A DNA stretch of 64,000 nucleotides, taken from NCBI GenBank assembly GCA_965235115.1, contig OZ249436.1:34350001-34414000 (forward strand), written 5' to 3'. The notes under the pieces are model-generated. The model had not been told where the DNA came from and did no database searches. It worked only from the letters and a program-made list of their open reading frames with translations. The stretch is from Laetmonice hystrix (lineage: Eukaryota). The translations under genes and the position numbers were made by a program. Shown here in pieces: positions 1-11,350 of the stretch. The first letter of the stretch is position 1. Every line of letters begins with the position of its first letter.

Positions 1-2655
1 GTGTAAGGAAGCAGGGCAGACACAGGGAAGTAACAGATTTATTTACACATCCCCAGTTTGGACATTGCGTCATCATTCGTCACAACATGGATGTTCTCCA
101 TCAAAGTGGGATGTTGTCCATCAAGGGGAAAGTCGAGCAATCTATCCTCATCCTATATACAGGCTGTCGGTCTGAGCCTTTTAATGGGGATTAATGGTCA
201 GTCAATGGACAAAGGTTGGCTGTGTGACCTGTCCATCTCCTGATCGACACTCATATCATCCCGTTGTTAACGCCACGTAAACAATGTTTTATGTCACATA
301 CAGAATTCTTTATTGTCGAGCAGAAGAGTGCATGGTTGTACATGTACATACTTTCCATGTATTTTCTCATAATATATCCTTAAATAGGCTTACCAAAGTG
401 TTTCAAAGTGGTTTCTATATATTATATGTCAGTTTAAAGACCCATCATGCAAGGTTATTATATCTTCTATACGGATGCGATGACTGGTATACCTAGAGGT
501 CTTTTGACCAACAGTTCTATTATTCGGTTGGGTAGGTGGGTGGGTGGGTGGGTGGGGGGGGTTCCTCTACACATCAACACATAATGCACGTACAGTATAT
601 TTCCATATATAATGTGGTAAGAATATATACAGGTGTAAGCCATGTATACATACGCGCAGTGTCAAGGTTATAGCCATAATTATCTGACGACACCATGGAG
701 TTTTTACATTCGTTTTGAGGACCTTTTGAACTATATGTCACATGCGTCAGTTGTGAAGTTGACCTTAGACAGAGGCCATTGTTTTGATGTCTGACACTGG
801 TATGCGTAACGATACCACCCACATATAACACTGTATTACGAGCTACATTAGGACGAACGCTGCGGGACTTGGTTTGGTTTGACGTCATTAGGATCTCACC
901 ACTATATGAGGACCTTAGGGATCGTACGGACGCGGGGATCGTGTTACTTTTCTTAATAATATTATAATAAAAATTATAATAAAAAACATCTCCATTTCTT
1001 TATTGCTCATTATAGACTTTCACAATAGACTCACGTATGTACACGTGTACTAGGTCTGAATTACATGAAGCGAAACGTTAGAGGAGTCTTCCACAACAGA
1101 ACGTAGATTTAACAATAACATTACACCACTTTATTACAAATCCCGATTATGCGATCCAGATAATGTCAAATGAAAGCGTTGTAATAGACTCCTCTAATTG
1201 GAAGCTATATGCAATCTATTTAACAGCTCTAGGAGTGAAACACCTACCAGGGGTCCTATAACATTCACCTGACCTTTGACTTGACCTCGTCACTCTGCAT
1301 AATGAGCCCCAGAGTCGGGAACCAGAGCCTCCGACCTGATCCCACCTGTATAAACACGTTCGTGTGGACAGAGGTAATATAATCACGGCCAAGCCTAAAG
1401 ATCGAGTTATAGCACTCACATTGGTTTTCTGCTTGTCATATATTAGAATGTCTCTCGCTGGAGAAAAGCAAACGGGCGTATATTTTGAGAAAACTGGCGC
1501 ACGTGTTAAGAAAACGAAGGCGTACTTTTGAAGGAAAAAGAGAATATTGACGCGGAGAGATTGTGTATAATTATGTTGTGTGTTCCTGCTGCACTTCTTA
1601 ACACCGTTCTCTCCGTGTAGAAATGTGTTGGCTTTCTACATGTCTGTTCACATTATATTAGGGGTTCATGACGGGTTGAAAGTATATACGGGCATAAATA
1701 AATGCGGTTTGTCAAGTTAGTTTTTCTAAAAGATATATCGCAGAATAAAACAAAAAAACGTAATTTCCAAGGAATTTCGAGAAAACCACCATGCCTCGTT
1801 GTCTTCGTCCTTAAATGTCATCTTTGGATATCGCAGTATCCTATATTATAGGCCTAATATTGCATATAGAAATAATGTGTGTTTTTTTTCAATTGTTTAT
1901 TCCTTTATACAGGGAAAGTTGTGAGTACTTCAGGGACTCCTGTAAAGGGAGTGTATAGGATTATGGAGATGGTCTCTTTGAGATGGGGTTATGTATACAT
2001 GTATGTGTGGCCCATTGAGGTACGTTATCTAGTTGTAGTGTGTCGTGGATCTTGGCTCGGGTCCAGTCGTTGCGGGCGGTCTCGTGCCCCGGGAGGGCCT
2101 GGCGTGTGGCCCCGGGGGCTCCAGGCCCTGACCCCGCCGGTCATCAGCCACGGCCTGCCCCCTGACCCCGGCCGGTCGAGCCCATGCAGGCACCGCCCGT
2201 ATACTCGTCGCTCGTTCAGTGGCGGCCGACTCGCACGTTATTAGCAGATCCGGCAATACTAATAATACATATGACGCGCTCAGAAATGAATGTACGTATG
2301 TTGTGTTTGATACAGTCCAGGCGGTCAGCTGGGATCTTGACCCTGACAGCATAATATAGGCTTGGCCGCCGAGACTGGGCCGACCGACGCTGACCAGGAC
2401 GGGCATAGCCAAGCTGGATCCTGCTCGTACGGGATCGTGTAGCAGCTGGATACGGCCAATTCATGTCATGTTAATGCCCTCTCACGCACGTAGAGCCACC
2501 CTCTATGAGACTGACCACTTGACCGTGCGCCCAGGTGGTTCTGGCATACACGGAGGGGCGGTCAAGCGGTTATAAGCATTTAATGACTTGCCATCGAGGA
2601 AATCGAGGTCCTATTGGATCTTCGTTTCCAACGGCCGCAGGGACGGTGTTAGGAA

Positions 2656-2804
2656 CAGGAATGGAACCACGATTTTGGAATCGGTGGTATTGTAGAAGGC
2701 GGGGGGGGGGGGGGGGGTTAGGAGAGAAAATTACCCCCAAAAGGGATAATATTTAGGAGGGGGGGGGGTCGGACTATTTGAGCCGATCCTTATGGTCCGC
2801 CCCT
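2656..2804. mobile_element. Degenerate G-tract-containing MITE-like element
   Basis: Starts CAGGAATGGAACCACGATTTT and ends GGTCCGCCCCT, with internal poly-G. This resembles the CAGGGGCGGATCCAGGATTTT...GGATCCGCCCCTG-type elements I recall from animal genomes. The TIRs are heavily degraded. Confidence 0.35.
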
Positions 2805-2840
2805 TAATTGTTTAAAAAACAGAAAGAACAAAAAATCGAG

Positions 2841-2896
2841 AGGGGACGGGAGAGAGGAAGAAAGGGAGAGAGAAAGAGAGAGAGACAGAGAGGAGA
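2841..2896. repeat. GA-rich low-complexity tract
   Basis: Degenerate (GA)n polypurine run. Confidence 0.8.
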
Positions 2897-3825
2897 ACCA
2901 AGCCAGCAATTGCCCGGAAGTTGAGAGACTCTCATCAGCTGCTGTCTGTTCGTCGCAGCCTCTTCATCAGACTCACTTCCGGTTCGCGTAGGCGACGGGA
3001 ATTCGGCGAACGCTGCTCACGCATATACGCCGCCATGATTCATGTTTTTTCATGTTGGCAGTGTATGGTTGGTTTTCAGTGTACCCCTTTCCCAGTCGGG
3101 AATGTGGGGAGGAGGGGGTGGGGGTGGGGGTAAAGTCAGGCTCAGTTCACTGATCAACTCATCTTTCTGAGCAGTACGCCGAGGCCTCATCCGGGTTTCT
3201 TTCACCTGCTCGCTCGTTTCTTGCAGGCGCTGACCCAACTGTCACTACCCAATCAATGATCTATGGTCAAGGACGACCAGGGGATTTTTCATGACCCTGT
3301 TGTAGACAATTGAGCGATGTGATTTGGCTCGACCGCGGTCTATGGGGCACACTTTACCGGACCTGGGGCCACGCTCGGGGCCGGTGGCCATCGCCGAGGT
3401 CGACCTAACAAGCCAAAACACCTACAATCGCCACAAAATCGCCCCACCAGACTTTTATTGATGATTCTCATGAAGAGGGCATAAGGCGATTACGAAATAA
3501 TCATTACCACCAACCCCTTTTAGTCCATGCAGAGGAGTGTTGTGGAGTGGATCATTTGCCTGGGTTTGTTCTGTTAATGTGCGAAATCTTGTATGAGGAT
3601 TGTACACGTATTGGGAAGTAAAAGAAGTAAAACAGATGGGCTATACGATATTTTTTTAGAGAAATATTTAGAGTTCATTACAGAGGCTAACATGGAATAT
3701 AGGACTGTAATCCTATGAAAGAGTTATATATGCATTATCTAAAACATATGCCTACAGTAATGTGCACACCAATCAGACAGGAAGAAAGTATAGTGGTCTA
3801 TGTGAGCAACGAGACTAGACGTTGA

Positions 3826-3828
<3 letters not shown>

Positions 3829-3876
<48 letters not shown>
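3829..3876. repeat. (GA)24 microsatellite
   Basis: Perfect dinucleotide run. Confidence 0.97.
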
Positions 3877-3880
<4 letters not shown>

Positions 3881-4760
3881 GCAATAATATGTAAATTGGG
3901 TAAATACGTTAATATACCTATTATAGGCCAATACCCCTCCGTTCTATTTGTTTTAAGGTGTACGACATTCTGTTAGCCATAATTATTTCATGTATAGGCC
4001 ATTGTAGGATATTGTTTGATATGATGAGGTACATGATCCTTGACGTATTACAATAATTAATATGGTCAGATATGCTATCTGTTTAATTGCAATCGTAATC
4101 ACATTATTCATTAAATGGCATGCAGTGAACTACTGATATTAATTTAAAATTCCCCGGTTAATTGTACAAACATCGCGGAATAATAAAAATAGATCCAGCA
4201 GACAAGGGTTAAAGAAGATTGCTAAATAACAGCTATGGCGGATACCACCTGTCTGAGTGGAGCTAGCACTTTGTTCTATATGTGGTCCTAATTCCTGTAA
4301 GGCATTGCAAACAATCGGTACTAGTACCTTGGGGTCATTGGTCGCTTTTGTTTTGGTCGAGCGCGAACACAAGTGGCAAATCGAATGGTGGGGCTTTTAA
4401 TCAATTCCCCTCAATTATTAACGGGAGGGCTCGGATGCCTTGTACGCGGAATGCTCTTTTTTCACCGTCAAAAATGCCACCGTAGACCTCACTGGTTTTG
4501 TCAACAACCGGGGCCGAAGTCGATGAGGCGTTGGCAAATTGCATCGAGTCCGACTGAGCTGCGCCGGTCACCACAGTCCGGTCGCTAGGTTAACCCCTAG
4601 TGGTGTGGCACACACTGGCCTCTGTAAGGGCTGTACTTATATTATGCACTGCCACTGCATTAATTTAACACCATAACCTATACTGTAACCTAACCTGTAA
4701 TATGCTGGAGTAATAATAATATAATAATGAAATGACTGACTTATACTTCAGTGGATCCTA

Positions 4761-5635
4761 TCCCTGACTTGAGATATTGGTGTGCTCTGAGTGTGTCCCT
4801 GACTTGAGATATTGGTGTGCTCTGAGTGTGTCCCTGACTTGAGATATTGGTGTGCTCTGAGTGTGTCCCTGACTTGAGATATTGGTGTGCTCTGAGTGTG
4901 TCCCTGACTTGAGATATTGGTGCGCTCTGAGTGTGTCCCTGACTTGAGATATTGGTGTGCTCTGAGTGTGTCCTTGACTTGAGATATTGGTGTGCTCTGA
5001 GTGTGTCCCTGACTTGAGATATTGGTGCGCTCTGAGTGTGTCCCTGACTTGAGATATTGGTGTGCTCTGAGTGTGTCCTTGACTTGAGATATTGGTGTGC
5101 TCTGAGTGTGTCCCTGACTTGAGATATTGGTGTGCTCTGAGTGTGTCCCTGACTTGAGATATTGGTGTGCTCTGAGTGTGTCCCTGACTTGAGATATTGG
5201 TGTGCTCTGAGTGTGTCCCTGACTTGAGATATTGGTGTGCTCTGAGTGTGTCCCTGACTTGAGATATTGGTGCGCTCTGAGTGTGTCCCTGACTTGAGAT
5301 ATTGGTGTGCTCTGAGTGTGTCCCTGACTTGAGATATTGGTGCGCTCTGAGTGTGTCCCTGACTTGAGATATTGGTGTGCTCTGAGTGTGTCCCTGACTT
5401 AAGATATTGGTGTGCTCTGAGTGTGTCCCTGACTTGAGATATTGGTGTGCTCTGAGTGTGTCCCTGACTTGAGATATTGGTGTGCTCTGAGTGTGTCCCT
5501 GACTTGAGATATTGGTGTGCTCTGAGTGTGTCCCTGACTTGAGATATTGGTGTGCTCTGAGTGTGTCCCTGACTTGAGATATTGGTGTGCTCTGAGTGTG
5601 TCCCTGACTTGAGATATTGGTGTGCTCTGAGTGTG
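4761..5635. repeat. 35-bp minisatellite, 25 near-perfect tandem copies
   Basis: Unit TCCCTGACTTGAGATATTGGTGTGCTCTGAGTGTG repeats head to tail with no spacers (875/35 = 25). Only single-base variants occur (TGCGC, TCCTT, AAGAT). Confidence 0.98.
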
Positions 5636-7177
5636 TAATCATGAGTAGGTTTGTGAGATATCGACTGAGCGAGGACAACCACGCCTCCAAGTTAACAGGA
5701 CGAGGACGACCAGGGCGCTGACCTTGACCGGTATGTTATTTGTAGGTCACTCGTTGGAGGGCCAGAGTGAATGTGAAAGCGAAGTAAAAGCAGATAAAAG
5801 GACTTGGCAAGTTAGGGAATCTTCAAAATCAAGGAAAACAATAAATTTGGGATAGGTTGTCTCTTAAAATGTTCAACTTATTTTTAAGTAATATTTTCGC
5901 GTGGCCTGTCACTCATGTTGGAAACAAATGCCCATTCACTTCAATCTCTTTAAGTGACATGTATTTTTTGCACTGAATTTTAATGTGACAGGCGAAAACC
6001 GGATCCTGCTTAGTTATATAGAGATATATAAGTCTACACCAGGATTCCAAACGTAAAGAAATACACACTGAGACCAAGCAGTTTCAACCCGTGGTGACCG
6101 TATGAAATGCATAGTTGAAAAAGCCGATATCTAGGATAGCAGTTTCAACAAAAACTCAGGCACGATAGCATGTAAATATTTACTGATGGGAAACACTCCA
6201 ACGTGTAGGGGAATGCTAATGCGACCAGTGGCGGGAAAGTCTACCTGCCTACCCGCCGCTCGCTTAACGAACAACTATAGCCGGGTCCTCCCTTAATCCA
6301 ATTCCTGACGGCCGCCTTCCAATTAGAGCGACCTCCAAAGGAACCCCCATGTCAAAACACCCTTGTGCTCTATATTGCTACAACAAATGGCCGCGCCGTA
6401 GCCGAGATGTCCTCTGACCTCCCAGGCCAACGAGTTCTTTTCTGTAGTTCCCCGAATGTCACAGAGTGACACCGACTCGTGGATTTGGCCTACTTTGGTA
6501 TATCATTGGCGGACAAAGAAAGCTGGGTTGACCCAGTCGCCCTCCAAAAAAGCGCCCTTGCGACCCAGCGTGAGAAAGGTTGGGGCTTCTAGGTTGTCTG
6601 TGGGCCCCACCTCTGACTCATCTCCACGGGATGCGCACCCCTTAGAAAAAAGGAGCTTTCTTTCTGTCTCCCCACCTCGGAGGTCATTTCATATCAATGC
6701 CCAATAAAAGGTCAGAGAACGTTAATCATATAACAAAATTACCAACACCAAAAGGCGCGAAAGTGCGAAATATTAAACGGGACATATTTAATGTGAAGGC
6801 TCGGTGGGGGGTGTGGGTGCGTGGGTGTGGGGGTGTTTACGCTGAACCACGTGACATGTGGTTTATTCCAGGAAATTTAAAAGATCAAATTAGGAAGCAT
6901 CGCATTTAATATTTTAAAGCATTTTTGGGGCATTTTCGAGGACTTCATCGCTACTTATAGGAAAATGTAAGGAGTATAATTGGCACGTGGTGTGATAGCG
7001 GTAATGATTGTTTTATGCACGCAAGGAGAAAGAAAACGTATTTTGCGGTAGGCATTACACGTGAAATCCTCACTCATGTTCCCGTAGTGTCGTACACATC
7101 ACCTTAACAATGTCACATCGGCAGGGGCCACGCCTTTTGTCGTCAAGCAATCTCTTTTTCATTCGCCGTGTCTGCAG

Positions 7178-7253
7178 AAATCGATTTGTGCCGCAAAACC
7201 ATATGAGACCGCAAATCACCAAATAGTGTTAGTGTTTTATAGGGCGTCTTAAG
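7178..7253 (+). other. Candidate non-coding internal exon (76 nt)
   Basis: Acceptor TCTCTTTTTCATTCGCCGTGTCTGCAG and consensus donor AAG|GTGAGT. There are stops in all three frames. Confidence 0.3.
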
Positions 7254-7762
7254 GTGAGTGTATTTGATGTCTCTCGCATTGCAATTAACGGTTGGAGTGG
7301 TGGGGAGGAGAGGCGCGGTGGTGTGTGGCTAACCACACCCGCCGACACACACCCTCACCCTCTCCAGGCACGCATTTCACCCCACCCCCGGCCTTCTCCG
7401 CACTGGGGGCTCGCACCCTCAACCCTTCATCATTGCGGCGACAATCCACAATGTCAATGAACCTGCATGTGAACCGTGCAGCACGGAGCGCGTTATCGTT
7501 GTCCTCTGTTATGACTAAATGAATGCAACGTGAAGGCCTGATAGACCTTCACATAGCGCTGTATCCACAGATACCTAACCGCACCCATGTGGGACATTAC
7601 ATCTAAAAACATCCATATATCCATTAATCTCAAACTTTTTTCCTATCCCTTACATTATTGCAATTTGATCTTTACTAAAGGTGAAGTGGTTTCTTAAATG
7701 CATAGACCACAGCTTGGTACCACACCGTAACCAATATTCCCCCTAATTATCATCATTATAAC

Positions 7763-7775
7763 GGGTCAAAGGTCA
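7763..7775 (+). promoter_or_regulatory. Nuclear-receptor DR1 element
   Basis: GGGTCA-A-AGGTCA, the consensus for RXR/HNF4/COUP-type receptors. Function is unproven. Confidence 0.45.
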
Positions 7776-9324
7776 ATTGTTATTACAAAGATAAGGCCCA
7801 GGTGTTCCATAAAAGTGTGTCGCCTCTATTGGGACACGGATGGTCTATAGCGCAAGCAGGCTATAAGATGGCTCTGGTGTAAGGTTGCGATAAACCTACC
7901 TAAACCTTAACACCCCCCCAACCACCACCACATCCTCGGGCGCTGCTGCTGCCTCCTAAACACAACGCCATACGGAAGGGTTGCTGCCAGGGGTCAAACG
8001 CTCACAAACGAATGATATTATAAGGAAAAGGAAAGGCAATATAAAATTACCGGCATCTTTAGTATAGGAAGGAGATGTCAACAACATGGTATTATAGGGG
8101 AAGGAATCAAGTGGGGGAGGGAAGACATAAAACATAACTTCAACCAACTGCTATTGGATTTGCGGAGTTAGGGTCGGGACCCAATTGTAAAATATGAACG
8201 GATCAGGCAGACAGGGAGCGTTTTAATTAGGAGAAGTCATAATAGCTGCAGCAAGCAGACCACCTGGTGTAGGTTCTCTGCGGGGTTTTACGGCCCTAGT
8301 GCACGGGCTCCAACCTGAGTCAAGGGGTCAAGGGTCCTTGGTGTGCAGAACTCGTTATATTCCTCATTATGGCTTATTATGAACACACGCACACCCACAC
8401 CCCCACACACCCACACCCACATGGACAAATACGAGCAGACGGCGATGGAAACACATGGAAACAGCAAGGCTCGAATCCGTTCGTATTTGTTACAGTCATG
8501 CCAATATTCAGAAAATATATCACTTTCGTATCGAACTGAAACACAATGTTCTTTGGCCTAACACTATAGATTGTACTCTCTATGTTTGAACTATAGCGGT
8601 GATCTCTGATTTATCCGGCCATTGTCCTGCCTGTTTCATTGTATTGACGGTTGAAGCAGTTATGATAACCGAGAGGCGGATCTTCCGACACCCCGCAATG
8701 TTCGTATTATCACATGGCAGACCGTATTAGGGCCACGTCCTCGTAAATTGGGATCCGAGAGGATCCAAAGAGGATGAGGTCAAATATTTATGGCTAGTGC
8801 AAACGGATAAATCTCTGGCAATCGGCGTGAGATGTTCTCTTCGTCCGCAGCAAATACAAGCTATCCAATCTTAAGGCAAGCTCTCTCGTGCGCATGTCAG
8901 AGGCTTGCTTCACAAAGCATGTCGCGTCTGGCCTCTCTGATTGGACCAGAATGCACCGTGCGACGGGCGGAACAACAACGGTCATATTTTCTATTATTCT
9001 ATAACAAACCTCAAAGAGCCCACCCCAACCCCGAAGGACAAAAGCTGAAAAAAAACTTCACACATATCCCCATATCTTCATAGATGTTTATTTGACCGGC
9101 GAAAGCGTGCGTTAAATGTGGAATCATTAGTGCTTTTGTACTGTATAAAAGTTGGGAAGTCTATAATTATGATGAGCACGGAATCTTAGTCTGGTTACAA
9201 TAGCAATGCTAATGAGGGCAAAGTGTTATGGAATGTTCTATATCTTGGGAATTAAAAGATATTTGACTCTAGGTGTCATACTATACGGCTTACTACATGA
9301 GCATCGTTATGTACGATTATTAAC

Positions 9325-9346
9325 TGTGTGTGTGTGTGTGTGTGTG
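9325..9346. repeat. (TG)11 microsatellite
   Basis: Perfect dinucleotide run. Confidence 0.92.
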
Positions 9347-10464
9347 AAGAACTTGAGCTTATACTGACCTGGTGCATAATAATTATGGAGTATTCTTGTC
9401 GAGTTTTGGTTCTGGCAAATCACAAAAAAGTTCTAAGTGTTACATTAACGAAATTGAAATACACTAACGCCGCAATCTACCACCATGTGTAAAAACCATC
9501 CAATTAACAATTTAACAGAAAATAAAAGTGACGCAAAATATTATAAACCAACTTGTGCCTATATAGCCCGAGTCACATGTGGCTGCACGTATATAAAAAT
9601 ATATGGTATCGTACTATATGAACGGGGTTTCTTTTCAGCTGTAACAAGGGGTAGGTCATGTCAGAACGACACGGGAGGGGGGAGGGGGTGACGAGGGCCC
9701 GCGTGTGGGGGTGGGGTGGAAAGGGAGGGGGGTGCATGGGGGTGGAGTTCACTATTCTGAACTATTCTCCCCCTTTTTGCTTCTTCACATTCGATATATC
9801 CATAATGCATCGAGCGGCCTGGGCATGTCGACTGCAGAGATAGGTCATAAGAATGACAAATGACGACACGCCCTCGCTACAATAGACCTGAGGGCCGGTT
9901 ATACCGACACCCTTCAACTAATATCATACAAAATATCTATAGGTGAGAGGGTGCACGACACTGGACCGCCCGGACACGTGTATAACTCTGATAGAATATA
10001 TATAGACATCATTTTATATAAGTATCAAAATTGAGGTCAGGTATATTAGAAAGGAGCAGCGTAGAGTGGCTTGGCGACTTTTGGCTGTTGTATAATAAAG
10101 TGTGCTTTAATTACGTTACTGCTCTTTCTTCGCTTGTGGTTCTCAACCCGTTTGATGAAATTCATGATTTGGGTATTGCAATTGCGCTCAATTTGCTCTG
10201 AGCTAACAGTGGCATGTAAGTTAGACGGCACCGATTTGCAGACAAAGCCAATAGCATGGAAGAAACAACGCCGCCAATTAATTGGGGTGATTGGATTATG
10301 TGGCCGGGGCGAGTTGGCAGACTGAATATCTTTAGCTGCTTGGATCAAGCAGTCGGTCGGATTTCGACTTCTGATTGGTATTTGCGTACATGTTAGAGTG
10401 GGTGTGTGAGTGAGAGTGTGGCAGTTGAAGTTGGTGGCGTGGACAGTGGTGGAGGGACAGTGAC

Positions 10465-10523
10465 AGTGGTGGTTGGCGGTGGTGGTGGCGGCGGTGGTGG
10501 TGGTGGAGGTGGTGGAGGTGGTG
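10465..10523. repeat. Imperfect (GGT)n microsatellite
   Basis: GGT/GGC/GGA triplet run. It produces the poly-Pro, poly-His and poly-Val ORFs in the track. Confidence 0.88.
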
Positions 10524-11301
10524 CAACCAATGCTTGATGCCGATGGCGCAGCATGCCGCGTCTTGGAGAGGGTGCGGGGGAGAACGGTAACAATAGGTCA
10601 TGCAGCGAACGCAGCGGTCCAGGCCGACTGCCCGCCCCCTGCCTGCCTGCCTGCCCGCACGGCCGGCCCTCCGCCCGGCCAAACCGGCCAGCCAGCTCGG
10701 CCAGGGGTCGCCTATTGCCGGCCACGAATTCCCAGGGTCTTCCCCATGTAATCTTGCATATTAAAAGAAATGAGCGGCATTATACTGTTTATTTCCGGGC
10801 AGAGAAGCAGGGAGAAGCAGGCGGGGATAAGGTTAGAGGACACGGGGCCGGGGGCTTTCAGGGATCTGGGGGTCCGCAAATAAGGCTTTTGCAGTGATGC
10901 ACCCAGGTCGTCCGTTCATTCCTGCAGCCGAAGCAGGTTCTTTTTATCATATGGGTCCAACCAGGCTCTGGATAGGGTCGCCTTGTTCGCTGAGGGGTTA
11001 GGGGGTAAAGGCCTTGCCTAGGCACAGGGCTCAGCCGGCTAGTGTTTTTTGCGTCCTCTATAACGTTTTAACCGGCTGCAAGGCTCTATTCGGCTGTGCG
11101 CGCTGAGGGAGGAGGCTGTGTATCATGATATCTCTTGACGATATAGTCACAGACATTTGGGTGTTGCCCTATGGTCGGTCTTGCAGGTGTTGTGCCTTTC
11201 AGGCGGTGAAAACGCACAGGGCGTAAGTACCGGCTTCGGCATTTCTTTTATAGCTTTTAGACGTCTGGACAGGTGTGTGTAGGCCGGTCGGCTTCATGCA
11301 C

Positions 11302-11350
<49 letters not shown>
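11302..11350. repeat. Imperfect (CT)n microsatellite
   Basis: CT run with two TT interruptions. Confidence 0.93.

Noticed and set aside
2915..2940. Minus-strand CTGATGA-GAG-TCT-CTC resembling a hammerhead ribozyme core
   Set aside because: The required GAAA after stem II is absent, and stems I and III are not evident.
4741..5690. 313-aa and 310-aa minus-strand ORFs, and a CRISPR-like look
   Set aside because: They are pure products of a 35-bp tandem repeat. There are no unique spacers and no cas genes, and the context is eukaryotic.
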